DNA of 62,919 nucleotides, counting the filler, from Octopus bimaculoides (lineage: Eukaryota), in NCBI RefSeq assembly GCF_001194135.2. It is 4 parts of 4 records of this genome, joined end to end, with 100 filler letters (N's around TTAATTAATTAA, not from the genome) between each part and the next. Parts side by side here need not be neighbours in the genome. Positions count along the whole stretch, not along the records: positions 43,268 to 61,506 come from NC_068981.1; positions 61,607 to 62,919 come from NC_068986.1; 2 more parts are not named here. The stretch is one strand, 5' to 3'. Of the stretch, positions 53,085 through 62,919 are shown one piece after another. Under the pieces are notes generated by a model that worked only from the letters and a program-made list of their open reading frames with translations, was not told where the DNA came from and did no database searches. Position 1 is the first letter of the stretch. The number at the start of each line of letters is the position of its first letter. The position numbers were made by a program, and so were the translations under genes.

Positions 53085-54125
53085 TCTGTCATAACTATTA
53101 TTATTACAAAATGCCTCCTCCAAAATATCAGGCCTTATGTGCCAATAACAAAACGCATTATTATTGTAATTACAAAATACTTAGCAGTATTTCACCCGGC
53201 ACATTACATCCTGAGCTCAAATCCTGTCGAGGTCAACTTTGCCTTGTATCCTTTCGGAGTCGATAAAATAGAGTAATATTCAAGCCATGGGGTCGATGTA
53301 ATCGAATAACAACCTCTACGTAAAGCTGTAGGACTTTTCCCAAAATTATTATTATTTACTTTCTGATTACAAATCCTGTTATCAACAACTTTGTTTCTAT
53401 TCTTCTAGGGTCGAACACATATGTACAAATAATAGGATCGATTAAATTGACTGCTCTCTTCCACCACAATGTGTAACCTTGTGTGATTTTAGAAAGCTTC
53501 CTTATAAATCAACAAATTCATTACAGCGTTAGAAAAAATGTTTTATGGTATTCCTTCCGGCATTTTACGTTCAGAGAACATATCTGACCGAGGTCAACTT
53601 CGCTTTTCATCATTTTCGAGGTCAATAGAATTAAATGCCAGATAAGTACTGGAGGTGATAGTATCAACTAACCTTTCTCCTAAATTTCAGGCCCAGTGTC
53701 AAAGCTAGAACTATCACTAAGGGCGAAATTGGACAAAATGTCGTATAGGTCTTTTTCATGATTCTTTTTGTTCTGGGTTCAAATACAGCTGAGCTCGAAC
53801 TTGGCCTCCATCTTTCCTGATTTCCACCAGTCAGGTACCGGGCTTGATAAACTCAACTAAGCTCTTTCTCCTCAAATAACAAACCTTATTCCGAAATAAA
53901 AATTAAAATATTTGTTTATGTTCCTAGGGCGGTGGCCTGGCACAATTGTTAGCACGCCAGGCAAAATGCATAGGCAACATTTCGTCCTGAGTTCAAATCC
54001 TGTCGACTTTGGCTTCGTCTTTCTAGCCTCGGTAAAATAAGAACCAGTTAAGCACTGAAATCAGTGTAATCAGCTAGCTTCTGTCCTCAAAATTGCAGGC
54101 CTTGTGCCAAAATTTGGAATCAATA
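53085..54125 (+). mobile_element. Array of about five old, degenerate family B SINEs, all on +
   Basis: Recurrent GAG(C/T)TCAAAT...GAGGTCAAC...CTTTC...CCAG segments at ~53210, ~53580, ~53770 and ~53985, plus fragments. Confidence 0.65.
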
Positions 54126-55387
54126 TTTATTTGTGTTCTTACATAAATAACTAACCAGTCCCAACCCCTGCTGTTCAGTATCTTTTCATTTTATTATCCT
54201 GTTTTTTTCACTACTGACATCACCATGGTCTTTATTTTCTAAATTTCTTTATTTTCGAGGTAATTTACCGTCATGCTTATTTATTCATATATTTATTCAG
54301 CAGGTATTTATTATATTATATCAATCAGACGTTCCTTTCTGGCTTGTACATTTTTCATAGTAGCTTGTCCATTTGACTTTCATCATTTTCTCGCGTTCTT
54401 GTTGTTTTTGTTGTCGTTGTTGCTGTTATTTTTGTTGTTGCTGCTGTTGTCTTCTTCTTCTTCTTCTTCTTCTTCTTCTTCTTCTTCTTCTTCTTCTTCT
54501 TCTTCTTCTTCTTCTTCTTCTTCTTCTTCTTCTTCTTCTTCTTCTTCTTCTTCTTCTTCTTNNNNNNNNNNNNNNNNNNNNNNNNNNNNNNNNNNNNNNN
54601 NNNNNNNNNNNNNNNNNNNNNNNNNNNNNNNNNNNNNNNNNNNNNNNNNNNNNNNNNNNNNNNNNNNNNNNNNNNNNNNNNNNNNNNNNNNNNNNNNNNN
54701 NNNNNNNNNNNNNNNNNNNNNNNNNNNNNNNNNNNNNNNNNNNNNNNNNNNNNNNNNNNNNNNNNNNNNNNNNNNNNNNNNNNNNNNNNNNNNNNNNNNN
54801 NNNNNNNNNNNNNNNNNNNNNNNNNNNNNNNNNNNNNNNNNNNNNNNNNNNNNNNNNNNNNNNAAAAGAGAGCGGAGAGGATGAGAGAAGAGGATTATGA
54901 GAAATGGAGCGAAAGAAATTTTGTACAATGAACAATGCAGCCAAAAAAGGGGGGGGCGGTAGAGAAGTGCGGTGTGTTTGGGTGAAGGGCTACGCACGTG
55001 TGCATTCTTGTATGTCTACGCACACGTCACCATACAAAGGGAACACGAGCGCTCGCACTCATACATTCATGGACACGCATACGCACACGCAACAACAACA
55101 CCAACAATAACAACATTAGGCATGCGCATAAAGGAACATATGATTAGCATTCTTATCATCATCATCATCATCATCATAACTATCAGCACCATCATCAACA
55201 TTATGATTATAATTTGCATACCCGCAAAATTTCGCAATTTGCGTACACTTAATGTTCCACCCGTGACCCTACTATTAACAAAAGAAATTATTATTATTAT
55301 TATTATTATTATTATCATCATCATCATTAAGGTGGCGAGCTGGCAGCAACGTTAGCGAGCTGGGTATACATGTAGGTATATATATAT

Positions 55388-55438
<51 letters not shown>

Positions 55439-56070
55439 NNNNNNNNNNNNNNNNNNNNNNNNNNNNNNNNNNNNNNNNNNNNNNNNNNNNNNNNNNNNNN
55501 NNNNNNNNNNNNNNNNNNNNNNNNNNNNNNNNNNNNNNNNNNNNNNNNNNNNNNNNNNNNNNNNNNNNNNNNNNNNNNNNNNNNNNNNNNNNNNNNNNNN
55601 NNNNNNNNNNNNNNNNNNNNNNNNNNNNNNNNNNNNNNNNNNNNNNNNNNNNNNNNNNNNNNNNNNNNNNNNNNNNNNNNNNNNNNNNNNNNNNNNNNNN
55701 NNNNNNNNNNNNNNNNNNNNNNNNNNNNNNNNNNNNNNNNNNNNNNNNNNNNNNNNNNNNNNNNNNNNNNNNNNNNNNNNNNNNNNNNNNNNNNNNNNNN
55801 NNNNNNNNNNNNNNNNNNNNNNNNNNNNNNNNNNNNNNNNNNNNNNNNNNNNNNNNNNNNNNNNNNNNNNNNNNNNNNNNNNNNNNNNNNNNNNNNNNNN
55901 NNNNNNNNNNNNNNNNNNNNNNNNNNNNNNNNNNNNNNNNNNNNNNNNNNNNNNNNNNNNNNNNNNNNNNNNNNNNNNNNNNNNNNNNNNNNNNNNNNNN
56001 NNNNNNNAACAACGCGAGGACATGTTACATGTAAGGTATTAGCAGACGCTCAGGGAAGGAAAGAAAGATG

Positions 56071-56106
56071 GTTTAACGTTTCGAACAGACGCTCTTCTTC
56101 AGAAAC
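56071..56106 (-). ncRNA. Minimal type I hammerhead ribozyme motif (Penelope-type)
   Basis: Minus strand reads GUUU-CUGAAGA-A-GAGC(GUCU)GUUC-GAAAC-GUU-AAAC: both catalytic boxes, a 4-bp stem II, a 4-bp stem I (GUUU/AAAC) and a palindromic ACGU stem III. Confidence 0.7.
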
Positions 56107-56764
56107 AGAGGAAAGTCCAATAGAAAGGAAGACGGAGGAAGAAAATCGCCTCTGATTCACATGTGATTACATTTTGAAATGACCGGAAGGGAATGAGTGA
56201 AGAAAAAGTTCTTTCTAAGACAGGAGAGTGTAAGAGAAGGAGGATCATGTGTGTATGTGTGGGTATGTGTGTTGTGTGTGTGTGTAATAGCACGTGTGTG
56301 TGTATATATGCGTGTATGAGTTGTGCGTGTGATGTGTGTGTGTGGTTTTGGCTGTTTATATGTGAATGTGTGAGTGAACTTTGTGTCACTTAGTGTTGTA
56401 TATATATATAGCTGTGTATGTATGTAAGTATGTATGTATGTATGTATGTATGTATGTGTGCGCGCGCATATAGGTTCATGGCTATTAAGTTGGTCGATTA
56501 AGTCGACTCCAAATTTGGACTGGTACTTTATTCATTGACACAAATAAAATTTGAATAGAGAACATCCCTTATTCCAGGAACAAACAACGCAAGGCATTCC
56601 GTCCGATGCTCTAAAGATTCTAGTAATTGGAAATTATATATGGATGCATGTATATTTATGGACGCGTGTATTTGTATATAAATACATACACATACGCACA
56701 CACACATATATCCCTTTCTCTCTGTCTCTCTTTTTCTTTCTCTGTCTCTCTTTCTCTCTCTCTA

Positions 56765-56861
<97 letters not shown>

Positions 56862-57374
56862 GTGTGTGCGTGTGATATTATTATTAAGCTATTATTATTT
56901 AGATGATAGCTTGTAATTTGAGGAAGCTGTGGCTAAGATACTGGTTGGAATGAAATCAGTAATTTAGAAAGGCAGAAAGGTGAGACAGACTGGCAGGTGA
57001 AAAAGTGAGAGAGATTGGAATGAAAAGAAAGAGAAAAAGGCTGTGGTTGCTAACTGAAAGGAGAAGGGGAGAGGGAGGGAGAGAAAGCAAGAAAAAAGGA
57101 GGGAAGGGGAGACAACAAGCGTAAATATAGCATCAGGAGCTCTGTCTAGCAGAAAGTGTGACTTAATATCCATTAAATGTAACGTGAATTGATATTATTT
57201 ATGGATAAAGGATTAACTGAACAATAATAGGAAGAGACCGTGAGAAATATAGTGTGAGCATATGTGTGAGAGAGAAAGAAGGGAAGAAAGAGGGGGGGGG
57301 TGAAAAAGATGGTGGGGGAAAGTGAGAGAAAGCAAGAGAGTATATCAAAATATACTATATATCAGTATCGCATT

Positions 57375-57567
57375 TAGGCAATTTTGAGGAAGGGGTAAGT
57401 CGATTACATCAACCCCAGTGTTTGACTGGTAGTTATTTTATCGAACCCGAAGTGATGAAAGCTAAAGTCGAATTTGGCGGAATTTGAACTTAGAACGTAA
57501 AGTTAGACGAAATGTCGCTAACCATTTTGCTCGGCGTGCTAACAATTCTGCCAGTTCCCCGCCTTTA
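57375..57567 (-). mobile_element. SINE family B
   Basis: Reverse complement of the family B consensus (GTCGATTACATCAACCCCAGTG...GAATTTGAACT...TGCTAACAATTCTGCCAGTTC). Confidence 0.85.
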
Positions 57568-58004
57568 AAATATCCTACATATCAAAAGTAAATAAGGTGT
57601 TTATATACGTGTGTATGTGTGTATGTGTGTGTGCCCCTTCTGTGTCGATGTCCCCCTCCCCACCGCCCTATACGTAGACCCTCTAAAAGATTAAGCGAAA
57701 ATGCACTACAGTCTGCCAGATCATATTCGTTTGCGAGTGACGGCTATTACGTTGACCTGTAATTATTATGTTTAATTTTAGTTTAAGAATAATAAAGTAA
57801 CCTTTATACTGATGGAGTAACAAAATTTATTATAACATCAAGACGAAAATTTTCAGTCTAACCTCAAAGCAATGTGGTTTACATAAGAAGTACTCAATAC
57901 AAAATAAAGAGTATAATTAAATATATCTAAAAAGATGACTAAGTTTCAACTTGGATTTTCATATTTTCTTCAGGATATCTGCTGATCAGCAATACTTTTC
58001 AGGG

Positions 58005-58051
<47 letters not shown>

Positions 58052-58952
58052 NNNNNNNNNNNNNNNNNNNNNNNNNNNNNNNNNNNNNNNNNNNNNNNNN
58101 NNNNNNNNNNNNNNNNNNNNNNNNNNNNNNNNNNNNNNNNNNNNNNNNNNNNNNNNNNNNNNNNNNNNNNNNNNNNNNNNNNNNNNNNNNNNNNNNNNNN
58201 NNNNNNNNNNNNNNNNNNNNNNNNNNNNNNNNNNNNNNNNNNNNNNNNNNNNNNNNNNNNNNNNNNNNNNNNNNNNNNNNNNNNNNNNNNNNNNNNNNNN
58301 NNNNNNNNNNNNNNNNNNNNNNNNNNNNNNNNNNNNNNNNNNNNNNNNNNNNNNNNNNNNNNNNNNNNNNNNNNNNNNNNNNNNNNNNNNNNNNNNNNNN
58401 NNNNNNNNNNNNNNNNNNNNNNNNNNNNNNNNNNNNNNNNNNNNNNNNNNNNNNNNNNNNNNNNNNNNNNNNNNNNNNNNNNNNNNNNNNNNNNNNNNNN
58501 NNNNNNNNNNNNNNNNNNNNNNNNNNNNNNNNNNNNNNNNNNNNNNNNNNNNNNNNNNNNNNNNNNNNNNNNNNNNNNNNNNNNNNNNNNNNNNNNNNNN
58601 NNNNNNNNNNNNNNGGGGGGGGGGGTCTGTGCTTATACGCGTACGAGCATCCGTGGTTACACGAAAGGGAAAATGAAAACTTGTATATTCTCATATTTAT
58701 GCTTATATTTAGAAAGATAGATGCACAAGGGTGTATGAAGTGGAAAACAAAAATGTATGAAGAAACATAAATATGATTACGCAATACATATAGATACAGA
58801 AATGCATACACAACGCAAGCAAGCACAGACACACGCAAACACACAGACACACGCAAACACACAGACACACGCAAACACACGTACACACATAAACGCAGCC
58901 TCAAAAAACACATACATATGCAGGTATGTATAGGCATATATGCAACAAGTGG

Positions 58953-58989
<37 letters not shown>

Positions 58990-59079
58990 GTATAATAGTC
59001 TTAACATGACAATTCAGTACATTTGAGTACAGAGATTCGTTAGAAGAAGCACTTCCCACAGCTATACAAATCTATTGTA

Positions 59080-59125
<46 letters not shown>

Positions 59126-59178
59126 TTATCTATCTACCTACCTATATATATATATATAAATATATATATTTATATACA

Positions 59179-59236
<58 letters not shown>

Positions 59237-59479
59237 CTATACATACACACACATATAAACACATACACTTATATATGTAGGTATATATAGATATATACTC
59301 ATGCATATATTATGTGTGTGTGCGTGTGTGTATTCATAACTGAGTATAAATAGATTAAATTTTATATGAGCATTGAATTTCCCTGCTGTGTATATATATG
59401 TGCTTATTCATACAAATATTCCCATGCACTTGTACGTTTGTAAATGAATATATCTATGTGCCTGCGTGTAGTTATTTCA

Positions 59480-59650
59480 TGTGCATGTATGGTGGTTGTC
59501 TACTCCTTAAACAGAGTTTGACCACCTCCTGCACCTACACCTTAGCCCTTTCATGGCGTCTGATGTGGCTTTTTAAACCAGACAGTGTTTTGAAAAAACA
59601 CCCACACAGATTGCACCTCTGATTTGCACTACCAATACCTGTGCATGTAT
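59480..59650 (-). mobile_element. Probable RTE-type LINE 3' end with terminal C2H2 finger
   Basis: QRCNLCGCFFKTLSGLKSHIRRHERAKV*: a single CX2CX12HX3H just before the stop, then a short UTR. The upstream part is lost in a gap. Confidence 0.55.
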
Positions 59651-60367
59651 ANNNNNNNNNNNNNNNNNNNNNNNNNNNNNNNNNNNNNNNNNNNNNNNNN
59701 NNNNNNNNNNNNNNNNNNNNNNNNNNNNNNNNNNNNNNNNNNNNNNNNNNNNNNNNNNNNNNNNNNNNNNNNNNNNNNNNNNNNNNNNNTATATATATAT
59801 ATATATATATGTATATGTATATATACCTATATATGTTTGTATGTATGTATATATATATATACATACATACATAGAGATGCATATGCACTTTGATGTATAT
59901 ATGCATGCACATACATAAATATACGTCAATATAATGAAACGTACCTCTTAAACATATGCGCGAGATTCTATAAACAGATATGTATGGGAGAGGGTTAATG
60001 TGTGTGTGTGCATGTGTGTGTGTGTGTGCATGCATGGGTGTTTGTGTGTATATGTGTGTAGCTGTAGGTATTTTTATGTATGTATATTTTTATTTATATA
60101 TGTATATTTATGGGTACGGCTATATATGCATGTGGGTATGTGTACGAGTGTTCAGAGATGCTATTTCTTCAGCCTTGTAATCTTACGATCTTTTCTGTCG
60201 ACGCACTTACTCAGTCTATATACTATTTTCTACGTTCTACTTCCTCTCCATAACTTTTGTTTATTAATTTCTTGCTCTCGTAACAGTCATGCATCAGTGA
60301 TATTGAATCTTCAGATATCCGAATATTTCTTTTTATCACACAGACAATCTGGGACTGAGTAACATAT

Positions 60368-60434
<67 letters not shown>

Positions 60435-60469
60435 GCGTATATATACGTATATATGTGTATATATATACG

Positions 60470-60530
<61 letters not shown>

Positions 60531-61150
60531 TATCTTTCCTACATCTTGCAATGTGTTAGGAGTAACCAATGGAAGGAAAGNNNNNNNNNNNNNNNNNNNN
60601 NNNNNNNNNNNNNNNNNNNNNNNNNNNNNNNNNNNNNNNNNNNNNNNNNNNNNNNNNNNNNNNNNNNNNNNNNNNNNNNNNNNNNNNNNNNNNNNNNNNN
60701 NNNNNNNNNNNNNNNNNNNNNNNNNNNNNNNNNNNNNNNNNNNNNNNNNNNNNNNNNNNNNNNNNNNNNNNNNNNNNNNNNNNNNNNNNNNNNNNNNNNN
60801 NNNNNNNNNNNNNNNNNNNNNNNNNNNNNNNNNNNNNNNNNNNNNNNNNNNNNNNNNNNNNNNNNNNNNNNNNNNNNNNNNNNNNNNNNNNNNNNNNNNN
60901 NNNNNNNNNNNNNNNNNNNNNNNNNNNNNNNNNNNNNNNNNNNNNNNNNNNNNNNNNNNNNNNNNNNNNNNNNNNNNNNNNNNNNNNNNNNNNNNNNNNN
61001 NNNNNCACACACACACACACACACACACATACATACAAGTATATACTTCAATGTCGCTATTTTGACATGTACATGGTATAAAATACTTTGCCAGAAAAAA
61101 AAATCAAATTTTTCGTGGAATTTATTTCTTCTTTACACATATATGTGTGT

Positions 61151-61235
<85 letters not shown>

Positions 61236-62135
61236 TGTGTGTGTGTGAGAGAGAGAGAGGGGGGAGAATGTATGTGCGTGCACGCGTGCACGTGTCTGTG
61301 TTTATTTATGTGTGTTTGTACGTGCATATGTGTGTCAAATTTTGACAAATTGTATATCTACTAATTACTAATTAAGATAAGGTTCATTCTATGTCTTTGT
61401 CACAAAACGCATTTAGATTATTATTTACCTCAGCATATTTAAACTTAATAAATTTTTATTTGTTAATACATACTAATATTTTATAATCTTAACCAATTTA
61501 AGTTAGNNNNNNNNNNNNNNNNNNNNNNNNNNNNNNNNNNNNNNNNNNNNTTAATTAATTAANNNNNNNNNNNNNNNNNNNNNNNNNNNNNNNNNNNNNN
61601 NNNNNNATAATAAATTACGTTGTGCATATCTATGTGTGTAACAATTTTAGAGTTCGGATTCTAGAGTTAGGGTTAGTTTTAGGGTTAACAGTCTAGTTAG
61701 GGTTAGGGGATTAATACGATATACACCGTTACAGCGCTAACTGTTTTCAACTGAATAGACGTCAGTGATTAGTAGAAATTATCGAAATAAGACAATTTTT
61801 ACATGAAATAAATTCGAATACAAAAATATTTTTCTATTCTATAACACAAAATAAATAAGTATACGAAGTTTGAAAGTCTTTCGGTACCAAAAACACTACA
61901 TAAAACATAAATGAAAACTGCTGCCCTCGTTTTGAACAAGATCCGACGTTGTTGGTGGTGTTGATGTTGGTGGTGTTGATAGTGCTGTTGGTAATGGGGA
62001 TGGAGCTGGTGGTGGTGTTCGTGGCGAGGTGGTGGCGATACCATTAGTGATGTTAGCGATGGTGATGTTGTTGATAGTATGATTGCGTTGATGGTGGTGG
62101 TATTATTGGGTTTTGCAGTGCTTTAGTAACCGATG

Positions 62136-62370
62136 AGGGATCTATTCCATCTCAATCACAGATTTTTTAATGAATCTTTTTTTTAACTAAACAGTTTGAA
62201 ACTTCGAATACTGGTAGAATTTCTCACGTAGAACACGGTTTACTCTGAACGTTTTTGACAGAGTAAACCGTGTTCTACGTGAGAAATTCTACCAGTATTC
62301 GAAGTTTCAAACTGTTTAGTTAAAAAAAAAAATAATTAAAAATTCTGTGATTGAGATGGAATAGATACCT
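62136..62370. mobile_element. Fold-back (long inverted repeat) element
   Basis: 62177-62247 is the exact reverse complement of 62259-62329 (11-nt loop), and 62140-62162 pairs with 62344-62366. Confidence 0.85.
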
Positions 62371-62409
62371 GGAGTCCTGAAGATTTTTCTTCTCCTGTAG
62401 AGGAGTCTT

Positions 62410-62800
62410 GGTTATTGTGATGCAGTTTTAGCAGTGGGATACGGAAAAGAGGGAGGAACATCGACTGGCTATAACGCAAAGGGTCATGGAGAGATACATG
62501 CTAAGAATATCACTCCGTGAATATAACCGAAATGAAGTATTTCGAAAACGGTGCTGAGTGAAACGACGCGATCGCAGAACACTGAAACAGAAGCTCCGCT
62601 AGGCCGGGACATTTCGCAAGGTTCACAGACAACAGATGGATTCACGTTGTTGCTGAGCGGTATCCATGTGATCAGAAAAGGTGACGACGATGGGAAGATG
62701 ACTTAGTTAAACGATTTAGGCCAAGGTGGAAAAGAATGGCGCGATCAAGAATGAATTGGATGTGCACTGTGACCAACAACGTATAACAATGTACAATAGT
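62410..62800 (+). mobile_element. RTE-clade LINE reverse-transcriptase C-terminal fragment, decayed
   Basis: WDTEKREEHRLAITQRVMERYMLRISLREYNRNEVFRKR...AGHFARFTDNRW...RRWEDDLVKRF matches the QRAMER.ML.ISLR...WAGH.AR..DNRW...RW.DD pattern; stops and frameshifts present. Confidence 0.85.
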
Positions 62801-62857
62801 CCGGTCGATACAGTCACTACACCCCACATACACACACAGGCACACACACGCGTATAC

Positions 62858-62919
<62 letters not shown>

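Overview
Eukaryotic, AT-rich, microsatellite-saturated draft scaffold with about 30 N-gaps. The repeat landscape (dense (AT)n/(GT)n/(AAT)n/(GAT)n and recurrent tRNA-derived SINE families) suggests an octopus genome; this is inference from remembered repeat families, not a database result. Nearly all ORFs in the supplied track are microsatellite or gap artefacts. Well supported: a decayed DD34D mariner (3727-4849), 3' fragments of an R4/Dong-type RLE LINE, a CR1-like LINE and two RTE-type LINEs, hAT and piggyBac-type MITEs, a 235-bp fold-back, and at least five SINE-like families. No gene can be named. Splice signals suggest a CpG-rich promoter with a tiny first exon on + (about 27.4-28.02 kb), isolated + strand small exons, and phase-compatible candidate exon chains on - (5.07-7.79 kb and 12.06-14.93 kb). 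Most worth follow-up: a minimal hammerhead-ribozyme motif (56071-56106) with a degenerate second copy beside a Penelope-like remnant, several AG|GT candidate recursive splice sites, retroelements associated with (AAT)n tracts, and a degenerate ~31-bp array just downstream of the putative promoter.
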